Shown piece by piece: positions 25,812-39,700 of a stretch of DNA of 64,000 bases. The DNA comes from Eledone cirrhosa. Its lineage: Eukaryota. The notes under the pieces are model-generated. The model saw only the letters and a program-made list of their open reading frames with translations, did no database searches and was not told where the DNA came from. Positions within the stretch are counted from its first letter, which is position 1; each line of letters opens with the position of its first letter. The DNA lies in contig OZ024742.1 in NCBI GenBank assembly GCA_964016885.1, positions 48,236,001 to 48,300,000 on the forward strand, in the 5' to 3' direction. The translations under genes and the position numbers were made by a program.

Positions 25812-26521
25812 ACTAACGTTTCACAAGCAGACAAATATAAATAAGCAAGACTTGAGGTGTGGGGATATAATTGAAAAGGGGTAGTAAAGATAGCATGTGA
25901 AGGGTGGTGGTGACAGTGTGGATTGAGCTGTGTGAAAGAGGGTGCCCCATAGAATTTTAACCGGTGAATGTGTATAGCCATAGAACATCAATTGGCTAGT
26001 GGCGATTCCGTAATATTTATAACCTTCATCGTAGTTATATCTCCATAAGTTATATTCATATGTCTGCTATATTTCATATATTTACTTAAATACCACCCAC
26101 CACCACTCACTCATTCAGCCATTATAGCTTCTATAATTATATATTCCTATACACTTCACCGTACTCAACTCTTGTGTAGGTAAGAAAGTGAGTGTATGTT
26201 CTATTTGTACATGTACTTATATTACGACGTGATATCTATGTATGATCAGGTGAGCCTAGATGTCGCTAATCGCTTGAAGTTGCGTAACTCGATCTCCATT
26301 ACATTATTTACCTCTGATCAACACATCAGAATACGTAAATATAAAAGTAATTCACTCAAGGCAAGATATATATAGAAGAATTACCTATAATCTAAACAAT
26401 AACATCAATAATAAAATATATATGGTAAATAGGTAGAGAAGTTACAGATGTAAAAAGTAAATAGTAAAAGATAAGAAAAGATACATTAAACGTAAGAACA
26501 TAAGAAAATGGAAAATATAAA

Positions 26522-26618
26522 GAAAGATGGCCCGTCCGGCTGGCGTCCGGCTAGGTATACCTGTCCCCACCACTCCACAACAAAGATACCACATACCCTC
26601 CCGTGTCACATTGTCCTT

Positions 26619-26671
<53 letters not shown>

Positions 26672-29600
26672 TTTCTGAATAACTAACACTTTAATTGTAT
26701 CTCTCTCTGTCTAACGGCATATCTCTCTTTTCCACTACCTCTGTTTTTCTCTCTGTCTCTGTAGGTGTGTGTATGTATTTTCCTAATCTTTCTCTAAATC
26801 TCTCTCTTTCTCTCTCTCTCTATGTGTATATATTGAACATAGTTAGGGAAACTCAAACAGTGTTGTCATACAGAGAGTAAAGAAGTTAAATTATTGAAAG
26901 GGGGGAATGATCTATTATAGAGAGAAGGAATAGCGACGGAGAGAGTAAAGTTAATAAACTATAGGGAGGTGTGTAGGATACATACATAATACATACACAC
27001 GACGCTCAGCTCTGTCTCTCTCTCTCTCTCTTTCTCTCTGAATAACTAACACTTTAATTGTATCTCTCTCTGTCTAACGCCCTATCTCTCGCTTTTCCCC
27101 TCCCTCTGTAGATGTGTGTGTGTAGTTTTCCTAATGTTTCTCTAAATCTCTCCCCCCATCTCTCTCTCTGTATATATTGAAAGGGAGATGCGGAAACTAA
27201 AACAGTGTTGTCATATATCGAGTGAAGAGCGACAGAGAGAGTAAAGCTGTTAAATTATACATACATACATACATACATGAATAAAAAACCAAATAATGAA
27301 ATACTACGTGTTATTGACGAAATAGGGGATGAATATTTCCGATCGATAAAAACCCCAATATTTTGGCAAATCAGCGCCTATTTATATGCCTTAGCAATGA
27401 CTGTGAAGCATTATCTTGGTGATAGCAGAGATATTAACAAGAAAAAAACACCACCAAAAATACCATCATATATAACTAAAATAGAAAAATAGAATGCTGA
27501 CCTACCAAAAAACATAGGACATGTGACAATGCTCCTTACATGCAAACAAACACAAAAAAACCTCACTCTTCACCAACAAAGAGTGAAATATAAAATATAG
27601 ACGGTATTTGGAAATAGTAGAAACAGAAGTCTCCAATATAAGATGATCCCCCTCAAACAAGAATTGAGAGCTGTTAGCGAAAAACGCCGATACCTGAAGA
27701 AGGTAGATGAGAGAAAAGTGATTAATAAAAGATTCAGACGAAACCAAACATCATTCTATAGAGATATGAAGGACAAAATAATAAGTGTCACTGAGGCCCC
27801 ATCCCAGACAGACATAGATCCCTTTTGGAGAAAAAAAAATATGGGGTGAAAAGAAGAATTTCAACCAAGATGCAGTGTGGCTGAGAGAAATCCGAAAGAA
27901 CTATTGCTCCTACACTACAACAAAAACATACGAAATAAATGAGGGCACCCTTGAGACTGTGATAAGAAAACTCCAAGATAAGAAACCACCAGGAAGAGAC
28001 ATGATTGTCGGCTCCTGGTACAAAAAACTAATATTCTATCGGAGGTATCTTACTGACATGTACCAACATGTTCTTAAGGGAGATACACTTATACCAGAAT
28101 GGTTGACATTAGCACAAACATTACTGGTCCCCAAGAACAACGACACCCACTTGGCAAAAAACTACCGACCCATTGCATGCCAGAACCTGATGTATAAGAT
28201 GTATACAGCCTGCCTGAACCTATTCCTCCAAGATCACTGTGAAAATAATAACATCATCACAGATGAACAAAAAGCTGGAAAGAAAGGGGTTTGGGGATGT
28301 GCTGAACAACTCCCAATCAACAAAACTGCGATGTCGGAGGTGCAACAACTTAGGAGGAATATGACTACAGTCTGGCTGGACTACGGGGAAGCTTTCGATT
28401 CTGTTCCCCACTCTTGGATGATAGAGGCCCTCCAACTTGCTAAAGCCCCAGACATTATTGTCAGAGCCATTGAGAGGCTGTCTTCTTCTTGGGCTACTAT
28501 CCTAATGTTAAAGACAGAGAGGGAGGACTCTATTTTCACTGATAAAATAAAATATTGCAGGGGTATATTTCAGGGGGATAGTCTCTCTGTGATATTGTTC
28601 ATCTTGTTATTAAACCCATTGGCCTTTCTGCTCAAGAAATGTGAGGCATACATCATTGGCTCACAGGAGGACAGAAATACGAACCTAACCCATAATTTCT
28701 TTGTGGACGATGTGAAAATGTATGCCATGGATGGGAGGAAGAAAAATCTTGACATGGTTACAACGTTCTCGAAGGATATAGGAATGGAATTTGGCCAAGA
28801 TAAATGCTCATACATGCCTGTAAAGCGGGCAAAAACAACAACCCAATCTAGCAACATTGTCATCAATGGTATAACTGTTTCACCGATATCTAATGAGGAC
28901 TGCTACAGATACCTGGGGATAGATGAGAACATATCCTATAATGGTATCTGTAATAAAGAACGCGTAACCAGGGAATACTACACCCGATTAAGAAAGATCT
29001 GGTCATCGGAACTCTCTGCGCAAAACAAACCAATGGCTCACAATGTGTTTGTTGTGCCTGTCCTAACACCAACGTTTGAAATACTCAATTGGACGATAGA
29101 CGAAATCAAAGCCGTTGATGTTGTAACTCGAAAAATACTGAACAACACCGGAAAATTCCACATCAACAGTGACATAGACCACCGTTACTTGAAACGTAAG
29201 TAGGGAGGCAGAGGCCTAACATCAGTCCAGACATCATTTGAATATCGCATCATATCTCTCCGACAACATATACGAACCTCGAAGCGTAGGAGCCCGTTTG
29301 TCGAGCAAGTCTATCTGCATGAAACAGATAAGATCATCAGAGTTGGGAAGGAACTCCTTGAGAGATATTCCCTGTGTGATAATCAAAAACTCACACCCAG
29401 GGATGTCGCTCAGCAGTATCGCAGTGAATCCATGGATGAAAAACTGCATGCCTATCAGCAAAAGATCATGCATGGATATATTGCCAGGAAGCTACAGATT
29501 GAGAGTAATATAGATAAGGAAAGTACTGTATCTTGGACCAACAACTGCTATATTGGCTCCCACTTTGAAGGATACGCTTTTGCAATCCAGGAACAGGAAA

Positions 29601-30967
29601 TCAACACGAAATACCTGATTCACAAAAGAGATAGGGATGCGATAACAAGTGCAGACTCTGTAAAGATTAACATCGAGGATATCACCCATGTCATCAGCAG
29701 CTGTCCAAATATGTCATCGCGGTACTATCTACCTATGAGGCATGATGTAGTGGCCAAAACACTTTTGAAAGCAGTTCGTAAAAAAAATAGCCCCGATAAT
29801 AAACACATTAAAAGCTACAACAATGTGGAAGACATCCATATGAAAGAGTACTGGTGGAATGTTCCAGTAAAAACACCAATACAATGCAGGCATAACAGAC
29901 CAGTTATTATGATATGGTACAGGGAGAAGAAAACATGCACAGTAGTGGAAATTAGCTGCCCAGCAGATGCCAATATAATATCAAAGATTAGAGAAAAGGA
30001 GAATATTTATGCAGAACTGATGAGAAATCTGCAGATACTCCACCATGATCACACCGTCAGATTTATGCCTGTGATTATTGGGGAACTGGGATATGTTAGT
30101 AACTGCCTCAATACAAATCTTGAGAAGCTAGACTTCACAGGAACAGATCGAACATAACTAGTTAGGAAATTACAAGTACAATCCATTAATTGAACAGTAA
30201 AATATGTAAAACATTCCAAACATTGTTCATGTAATAACTGCATATACACATGTACAGATACAAAACATATACACATGCACACAAACAACTCAAAGCATCC
30301 ACATCCACACATACAATAACATCCATATCTACACATGAATGCATACATACATATCTACCTAGTTGATGTTGTGTAGATTCCAATGAGAGAGTCTTGTGTC
30401 TATGTTAGAAACCGACTCTCTCTCTATTGGTAAAACTTTGTGAAATTATAAAACCATAAGAACATACATACATACATACATATATACGACCGTCAGCTTT
30501 ATAAGTATAGATATGTGTGGGTGTGTTTGTGTATGTGTATGTGTGTTTGTGTACGTGCATGTGTGTGTCTGTGTGTCTTGTTTTGATGTTATCCGGTAAT
30601 TGGCGAAATCAGGTGTGAAAGTATGTATATTTGTGTATGTGTGTGTATATGTGTGTGTATATGTGTGTGTGTGTATGGGCGTGTGTGTGTATGTGTGTGT
30701 GTCTGTGTATGTGTGTATGTGTGTGTGTGTGTTAATTATGCGAGCGACGACAGATGATGGAAGGGAGTTACGGGAACTAAAAGTATTATCATATAGAGAA
30801 TGAAGAGCGACAGAGAGAGTAAAGCAGTTAAATTATAGAGAGGTGGAATGATCTATTAGAGAGAGAGGGATGAGCGATGGAGAGAGTAAAGCTATGAAAC
30901 TATAGGGAGGTGTGTAGGATACATACATAATACATACACACGACGCTCAGCTTTATAATATTATAGA
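26522..30967 (-). mobile_element. Composite non-autonomous Helitron carrying a LINE insertion
   Basis: Minus-strand A|TCTATA..ATAAAGCTGA ends at 30967 and 30511; GC-rich hairpin at ~26530-26551; empty site at ~32570-32605; CTRR end not intact. Confidence 0.65.
27277..30462 (+). mobile_element. R4/Dong-type RLE non-LTR retrotransposon, 5'-truncated, in (CATA)n
   Basis: NYRPIAC, AFDSVPHSW, RGIFQGDSLS, FVDD, RHD, HNRP, EISCP, PVIIG; (CATA)n at both ends. Confidence 0.92.
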
Positions 30968-32939
30968 TAAATAAGGATAAGTGAGAGCATGTAAGTACAG
31001 AGTATAATTGTGGGGTGGTGAGTAAATGTTCGTATCAGGATTCTGTGGTGGGTTTAGTGATAACATGAAAAGTCATATTCGAAACATACATAGGTACGTT
31101 CAGAGAGTCTGATGTAGTGACAGATAAAAGAAAAAGCAATAAATTAGAGATTAATTGGGAGATACTAGTATGAGATTTAAATGCTAAGTGTGGATGGTGA
31201 AGGGAGGTTTGACAAATGTGGGTGGTAAATGTTTTGCTGAATATCTTGTCTTAATAAGGTTGATGCTGTTTCAGGGAGAGAAGGTGAAATAGATGTTAAG
31301 AGGTTTATGGTCTAGTGACCAATTGGCCGTTTGACAGCTAATAGCGGTGTGATGGTGTGTATTCCATACGTGAAAATCCAGGTGGTTCAGTTCTATTTTG
31401 GGGATTGCTAGCTCGAATCACGGTGGTTTGATATTTGTGAACTTGGTACCTATTTTATGCCTACGGAAAATTGTTCTTGCTATTTTGCTGTTAAACAGCA
31501 TCTTATCGTACCTTGAAATATGGAATAGCTCCATATTACAAAGTCGGCAGAGGGATCTCCCTTTCCGTAGGCCCTTGCTTTTGATAATTTTGACCAGCTA
31601 ATCTTATATTCTTGGTTTGTGATATTAAGCTGCCAGATTTTATTGGCGTGCGTCGTAGAGGTCTCCAGTCTAGGTTTCTTCATGGAGTGTCTGTGGACGT
31701 ACCACCTTTTCTTGAACTCCCCAGCCGTGGAACCTATGTAGTGCCAAGTAGTGTTGCCTTAATTTACAGTACACAGGTATACCATTCTCGAATACAGGCA
31801 TCTATTTTGTACTGGGCACTTATCCGGTAGGTTTCAATTACAATTTGAGTTTTTTCTGTGTGCAGGTTCTCAGTTGCGGTTTTGTAAGTTGTTGTGGGTG
31901 GGTTGCGATTTAAGCCTATTAGTGTTTTGTTGTGATGCGCTCTGATGTGTTTGTGGTTGTGTTGTTGTTATCTGTTTGCGTTTTGTGTTTCGTACTATGG
32001 TGTATGTTTGTAGGTTCATTTCTTTAGAGATATGTTCGTGGTTTATTTTACGTATGTGTGAGTCTATGTTGGCTGCAGTAAAGTAAGATAGTTTTATAGT
32101 TTTTCTATTAAATATTCTATAGTATTTGTGTAGTTTAGGGAAGTGCTTGTCTGTTAGCTTAAAGAATGTAGAAGGTAGTTTAGTTGTCATAGAGGAGTTG
32201 AGTATTGGATTGAGACATAGGTGTTTTCTATCTCTGAATCTTCTATAAGTTTTTTGAGTCCTTATATTAGTGTTCGGTTCAGTTATTGTTGGTGCTCGTT
32301 GTCTAATTCCATGCTTAGTCCTATGCTTGTTACTTCTAGTATAGTTGTCGTTAGGTTTGTTGCTGCTGTCTCTATGTAGTATGTATTCCAGCTTCTCATT
32401 ATGTAAACCTATGTTATGATAGTGTGCGTGTTCGTCAAAAATCTCTAGGTTAGAAAATAGGCGGGATATTCTTGTTTCGAATTTGACTATTCATGCTAGC
32501 ACTAAACCCACCAAAGAATCCTTATAAGAACAATTTCTCAACACAAGCATACTCTGTAGTTACATGCTCTCACTTATCCTTATTTATTTATTTATATTTT
32601 CCATTTCTTATTTTCTTACTTTTAATGTATCTTTTCTTCTCTTTTACTTTTTACTTTTTAGATCTGTAACTTCTCTATCTATTTACCATATATATTTTAT
32701 TATTGATGTTATTGTTTTGATTATACGCGACTCTTCTATATATATCTTGCCTTGGGTGAATTATTTGTATATCTACGTATTCTGATGTGTTGATCAGAGG
32801 TAAATAATATAATGGATATCGAGTGACGCAACTTCAAGCGATTAGCAACCTATAGACTCACCTGATCAATGAAACAATTGTCAATACCTGAAATAAAGCC
32901 CATTGTTGTACAGCCAACCATGTTACTCTTCATTATTTC

Positions 32940-33121
32940 GGTGGATTGGCAGTATCGGTAGAGGGTCGGACGCCATGCTTTCCAGCATAGTTACGTCCCT
33001 TTACGATCTGAGTTCAAATCCCGCCGAGGTTGACTTTGCCTTTCATCCTTACGGGGTCGATAAAATATAATACCAGTAATGCACTGGGTAATTGCTGGCC
33101 TTGTGCCTAAAGTAGAAACAC
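32940..33121 (+). mobile_element. Full-length SINE
   Basis: ggtggattggcagtatcggt..gagttcaaatccc..core..tail; short ttatttc duplication on the flanks. Confidence 0.93.
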
Positions 33122-33307
33122 TTATTTCACTATTATTACTCCAAGTATAACCTGCATAGGAATTACCGTGAACTCGCTGCCTAACTATGGAAACATCTTG
33201 TTAAGTCAAACAAAGCCGTAAAGTTAAAACTGTCCACGACACAGAGTACTCACAACCTGTAACTGGATTACCTATAACGATAACTTGTTATACCATGTAT
33301 ATATATA

Positions 33308-33352
<45 letters not shown>

Positions 33353-34268
33353 CAATCTTGAATTTTATAAGGGAGTTCTTGCACATTTTATGTCTGTATA
33401 TATGGCCTCATGGATGCGAGTGTGCTTATGTGTTAACGGAACACAAATATCCCTTTGAATGCTGTTGTCATCAATAGTTACTTTTCTCTAATTTTCACAT
33501 TAGGAGCATGCGTTAAGAAAAAAGTAAAATATATACATGTCTGAGTGTTTTATAATTTTAACTAGCTCCCTAAAATAATAACGTATCTAAATCAAAACTA
33601 GAGCAACACATTAAATCATCGGGTTGTATGCGCAAATACTAACAGTTGAAAAATACGAGCTAATCAACAGGCAGCTGTGACCTTCATAGGGATTTCTAAG
33701 CCTTTCGTTATGAACAAATATATTTTGAAATATAGGGATGTTTTTAGAAGAACGGATACACCTTTATGACGTATCTATATGTACAAAGAACGATGGCAAA
33801 CTGTCCCCAGATAATTCAGTTTGGTTGGAATATGCAATATGTAACATGAATGATCTTGAATTGGTATTTTGCCTTGCTCATGGAGATTTTTCTAAATACA
33901 TTACTAACAAAATCTTATTGTCTCGAGGAATTTTATTTCAGCAATGATGTTACCCTACATAGAGTTTCACTGTCAATGTTTGTAATTAGATTTCATTCGG
34001 TGAAGCTATTTTAAGCTCAGACTGACTGTCACCATTTAAGATGATTTGGTTCATATTTATACATTGTTTTATATTCAAGTAGTTAGAGCGTTCATCTTTA
34101 TTTTGTCTCGCATAAACGTAGCAATATCTTTACCAGTATCTCCCTGTCAGAAACACACATCAGTTGGTGTTGTCTATATGTAACGGAGTATGCATAACTT
34201 AACTAATTTTAGTGGGATAATTAGTTTTAAGTAGAAGATATACAATATCTCAATAGCCTGACTTAAAT

Positions 34269-34830
34269 GATAATTTTGCATCATTCATGAAGTACTTTGG
34301 TGATTCCTTTGAGAAGAAACATTGACATTTATTTTGCTGAGAAAAAAGACAAAAAAAGCATTTTGCACCACCCACACCAATACACACAGTTACACACATA
34401 TACACAAATACACACACACATATGTATATATATACATATGTGTGCGTGTGTCTGTGTGTGCGCGTCTGTGTATGTGTGTACGTATGTGTGTATATGTATA
34501 TATATATATACATATATACACACACATATATATTTATATACACACACATACACATACACATACACATATACTTATATATATATATATACATATATACACA
34601 CACACATATATATATACACACACATACACACACACACACACACGCATATATATATATATGTATATATATATACATATGTGTGTGTGTAGGTGTGTATATG
34701 TGTGTATTTGTGTTTATTTGTATGGGTGGCGCAAAATGCTATTTTTGTCTTTTTTGTCAGCAAAATAATGTCAATGTTTCTTCTTTAAGGAATCACCAAA
34801 GTACTTCCTGAAGGATGCAAAATTATCATA
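34269..34830. repeat. Foldback element: ~120-bp inverted arms around a microsatellite core
   Basis: tgataattttgcatc..gaagtactttggtgattcc versus ggaatcaccaaagtacttc..gatgcaaaattatca. Confidence 0.88.
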
Positions 34831-34860
34831 TATATATATAAAATTATATCATATATATAC

Positions 34861-34888
<28 letters not shown>

Positions 34889-34896
<8 letters not shown>

Positions 34897-35223
34897 ATAC
34901 TTGGGGAGGGTCATATTTGTGTAATAATATTGCCAGAAATAATAACAGAACATACTCACATTATAAAAAAACATAATAGCACCACTGATGATGTTGGAGA
35001 CATGCAACGAAAGAACTTTGTTAGACTATATATATGTGTTTGTGTCTATATTGTATCTGTATTGTTGACCGTTGGTCAGTCTATGGTAACTTTGAGGACC
35101 AAAAAAATTAAATTAACCGATATAAAAGACACAAGCGAAAACCAACCAAACAGTGAGTGTGTTCTGTTATTAATTCTGGCAATATTATTACACAAATATG
35201 ACCCTCCGCAAGTATAACAATAT
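34889..35223 (+). mobile_element. Mini PLE derivative with ~70-bp inverted ends and a decayed HHR at 34982-35030
   Basis: attgttatacttggggagggtc versus gaccctccgcaagtataacaat; CTGATGA-t-GTTG..CAAC-GAAA-gaactttg. Confidence 0.7.
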
Positions 35224-35263
35224 TAGTTTCGACACACGATTTCATATCAAAAACCTCGCAAAA

Positions 35264-35303
<40 letters not shown>

Positions 35304-35514
35304 TGTAAGTATGCATGTATACGTACATACATATATGTATGCAGACGTACAGTAGCATATATATATATATAAAAGTATGTGTTCCTACATGTAATTAATA
35401 CACACAGGTACACAAGTACAGTCAGAACATATAAAATCAAGGGTGTGTAAATACAGAAAAAATCTTTAAAATTAATAAATACATTCCACAAAATTCCCTG
35501 TACTTACTATTTGT

Positions 35515-35595
35515 GCCCTTATCGTGGTTTCAGATCACGAACCAATAGATAATCCAAGCAGATTTCAATTGAGAAAGAGATCATCGTCAGAAGGC
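35515..35595 (-). ncRNA. Hammerhead ribozyme with large loop II
   Basis: Reverse complement GCCTT-CTGACGA-tGATC..GATCt-GAAA-CCACGA-TA-AGGGC. Confidence 0.72.
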
Positions 35596-36172
35596 TTTCC
35601 TCTCTCGGAGAATATAAAATTCCCGAGTTAAAATTACAAACTGGCGCCATTCCAAACTGCCTCAGTAAGAGAGCAAATGAATGATAAAGCAGTTTTGTCA
35701 TGGTACCGTGTGCGAAGGCAAAAATGAGGTGGACAGGTCAATCTTGTACTGCTAAAAATAGCAGCCATTCAAACGAGCAAATGTTTCTCTCCCATTGGGG
35801 AGAATAATAATAAAAGTATGTGTTCCTACATGCAATTAATGCACACAAGGACACAAGTATAGTCCGACCTTATGCCAGTGTTATTCAATGGCAATTTAAT
35901 AAATTAACAAGCCAGAACATATAAAATCAAGGGAGTGTAAATACAGAAAAAAATCATTAAGAATTCTCGCCAATGGTAGAGAAAACTTTGGTCGTTTGAA
36001 TGGCTGCTATTTTTAGCAGTACAGGATTGACCTGTCCCCTTCGCTTTTGCCTTTGCACACGGTACCATGACAAAACTGCTTTATCATTCATTTGCTCTCA
36101 TTCTGAGGCAGTTTGGAATGGCACCAGTTTGTAATTTTAACTCGGGAATTTTATATTCTCCGAGGGAGAAAA

Positions 36173-36253
36173 GCCTTCTGACAATGATCTCGTTCTCAAT
36201 AGAAATCCGCTTGGAATATCTATTCGTTTGGGATCTGAAACCACGGTAAGAGC
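36173..36253 (+). ncRNA. Hammerhead ribozyme with large loop II (inverted copy)
   Basis: GCCTT-CTGACAA-tGATCTC..GGGATCt-GAAA-CCACGG-TA-AGAGC. Confidence 0.68.
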
Positions 36254-36528
36254 TCATATAGTAAGTACAGTGAATTGTTTGTAATTTATTTATTATATTT
36301 TAAGATTTTTTCTGTATATATACTCTCTTGATTTTATATGTTCTGACTATATGCGTGTCCCTGTGTGTGTATTAATTACATGTAGCAACACATACTTTTA
36401 TATATATATATATATATATATTATTTTTCCCACATCTGACGTTAAATATTTTCCCATTTTGACGCTATACTCACTTATATATTATGGAATACTGTTGGCT
36501 TCTTGCTACAATACTTTCTATACCTTTC

Positions 36529-36592
<64 letters not shown>

Positions 36593-36731
36593 ACACTTTG
36601 GGAGTTTCATGTTGCCAATAAGAAACACACGCACCAGTTGCTTTCACTCCAATTTATTATAAATTAAATTTATAAATTTAAGAAATTATCAATTTCAGGT
36701 TGGTTGGTTGGTTCTACAACCGGACGGTTGT

Positions 36732-36782
36732 TCATATATTGTCAAAGTTATTTCGTCACACATTATGTGACCTCTTCAGTGA
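36732..36782 (-). ncRNA. Hammerhead ribozyme with an extra base after A9
   Basis: Reverse complement TCA-CTGAAGA-g-GTCAC ataatgt GTGAC-GAAA-TA..TA-TA-TGA. Confidence 0.75.
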
Positions 36783-39700
36783 CTGATGATTCTTCTCTTT
36801 GTTTTGTGCCTCTTCTTTGTTCGGTCCTACGCCATCATGTGTTTGTGTGTTGTGTGCTTAGTTTGTGCATGTGTTACATCCGGGTGTCGGTGTGTGTGTT
36901 TTTTTTTTGTTTAGTTATTTGTTTATTTACATGTCACTGGTTGGTTGTGTGTTCTACGTGTGTTTTCATTTTGGCCTTAATTGTAAGTTGTGATGTTGCT
37001 ATTCCATTCATGTTTTCTATTTAATTTTGGTTGGAGTTCATTTATGTTTATTGCCTCTGTGATTTGTCTAAACATTGCGTCTTTTCTGTGTGTATATTTT
37101 ATTTTTATTTCAATGTTCTCTAATTTGCCCTTATGTTCTATTTTAGCGTGTTGGTGGAGTACTGATGAACCTTTTCTCTCTTGATGCTCTCGCTAATGTT
37201 CATTTAATCATTCTCCTATACTACGAGTTGTCTCACCTCTGTACACTATATCTTTACATTGTCCTTCAGTATATCTTATGCTATATAGTAAGTTTCTAGT
37301 TTTACAGTTAATATGGGAGCTTAATTTACAGATTATGCGTTTCTCATCTATACAGGAAAATGTTTGAAAAGGGTATGTATTACTAATAAGTGTTTTTATG
37401 GAGGTCCCTGGTCTTTCTACTATCTTAATATTTAGTTTAAATTTATCTAGGGCCCTTCTAAAATTGTAAGCTAAATCCCCTCTAGGGATTGTATTGATGA
37501 ACATTACACTCTGGTAAATACCAGAGTGTAATATTCATCAATCCCATGATTTTATCATACCATGAGTTTATTCTATTAACCTTATTCCTAGTTCTTTTAA
37601 TTATATTCCAAAATGTGCTCCTATACAAGGGGCAGGTACCATTTGTATCATTATTTACAATTTTTCCCATTTGGTTCTGGCTCCTCTATATACTCTGATT
37701 GTATCTCTCTTATTGTAACCAGAGAACTGCATACAGTGGATGAAGTGTTCTATGTGTCTCTCTAGTTCTTCGGGGTTGCACATGTGGGACACGTTTCTCA
37801 TCACCCGTACTAAATGCGCAATCAGTATGATGATTTTGGTGTGATCCGAAACAGCTGAGTTTCGGTGGATCAGATATTTGGAAGTCATGGGTTTGGCATA
37901 ATGGGATTGGGGGATTTGTTTTTATAATTAATGGTTTCTAACCAGAGCTCTGTGTCTAGTACAGGTAATCGATGGTTGGGTGTTTGCTTTGGTAGTCTAT
38001 AGTAACTCTAATACTGTGGTGGATGAAGATAGCTATTTGCTGGATGCTTTCCATGGTGTTTTTCTCTAATTCCTGACTGTTCTCCAGTGGGGGTCTTTTT
38101 ACTACGATGTTTAAATCATCAACGTAGCGGGAGTACATAATCAGGGTTTAGAGGTGGTTGTCGTCTAATTGTTCTTTAGGTTTATTGTCCATAATACCAT
38201 GAATAGATTAGCTATGTCACGTGCAATGCTAACACCAATGGCTGCTCCTTCCTCTTGGGCATATGTTTTTCCATTAAATTTGAACATATGTTCCTTAAGG
38301 GTTAGTTTTATACTGGCCCCCACCGCATGTGCAATCATGGTTTTCGGGGATCCGTATGGCTCTGGTCCACCCGTTCCATCTTTCTGTGTGGGTTGTCTTG
38401 GCCATTGAGGTAATGGTAGGTCGTCTGCATCTTGCTGGCCTTGTGGGGCAGAGGTTGCTAAGGTCATACGTATCTACATAATCATGATTATATGTAAGTT
38501 CAAGTAGGAGTCCCAGCTCACTGATATCAATCCCACTGAATTCAACATTGTTCTCACTGATCATTTCCATGCATTTCTCCACAGCAAAATCCACGTCAAT
38601 AGGGACACTACAACCATACTATCTATTATACAGTCTGTTAGGTCCCTGGACAGGTTATTTTCGCAGATTCTGCTGAGGAAGTCCTCCGTGCTGTCAAATA
38701 TATCCGGGGACATTTCAATGATGGGCGTACGATCAGGGAGAGGAAGTAGGAAAGTATGTAGTTACTAGCAATGTTAGCTCCACAGACTGGCCGTTTTGGT
38801 GTTCCTGTGACTGTGTCACTGTTCGTCTTATGGTCTTTTCGAAGCCCATACAACGCTGGCCTGGAAGTTGTTGGCAGTCCGTTTATTGGGCTGCATTATG
38901 TCTGTCCACATCATTATATGAGCGTCGAGGGTTTTCTCCCTATCCTCATGCTCTTGTGGTGTTACTTCTTTTGTGTTAGTGATGTGGGTTTGCATTGCCT
39001 GGATGTAGATTGACAGACTGTCAACCGACATTCTGCCAGACTTGTCTGTTGGAAAGCATGCAATCTCTCCATTTGTGAGCGCTGCATGAGCTTACGCAAG
39101 CCATTTCCAGATTTTTCTCCCATTTGCTGCGCCCATCATTCTATTTTGCTTCTTGCTATACTGTTCTATAATATTTCTAAGTTTAGATCTAGCTATATTA
39201 AATTGTGCGTCCGTTTGTTCATCGCCCTGCGACGGCAATTGCCCGTGTTTGTTAAAAGCTAAAGTCGTGGCGTGGACTCGTTGTAGGTCGAAGGACATAT
39301 CGGAAGGGTTATAAAAAGTAGAATTCCAGGCTGCTGCGTTATGTGTTCTGTTGCTATTATTATTAGCTATATTCATCCACCACAGTATTAGAGTTACTAT
39401 AGACTACCAAAGCAAACACCCAACCATCGATTACCTGTACAAGACACAGAGCTCTGGTTAGAAACCATTAATAACAAAAACACATCCTCCATTCCCATTA
39501 TGCCAAACCCATGACTTCCAAATATCTGATCCACCGAAACTCAGCTGTTTCGGATCACACAAACATCAACATACTGATTGCAGATTTAGTACGAGTGATG
39601 AGAAACGTGTCCCGCATGTGCAACCCCAAAGAACTAGAGAGACACATACAACTATTCATCCACCGTATGCAGTTCTCTGGTTACAATCAGAGAGATAAAA

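Larger units (their letters stand above)
35369..36400. mobile_element. Non-coding PLE pseudo-LTR pair (inverted, with a partial tandem copy)
   Basis: 35369-35805 is the reverse complement of 35961-36400; 35810-35960 repeats 35369-35470. Confidence 0.88.

Noticed and set aside
32862-32886. CTGATCAAT-GAAA-CAATTG-TC
   Set aside because: Only the right half of an HHR at an element junction; no stem I or II
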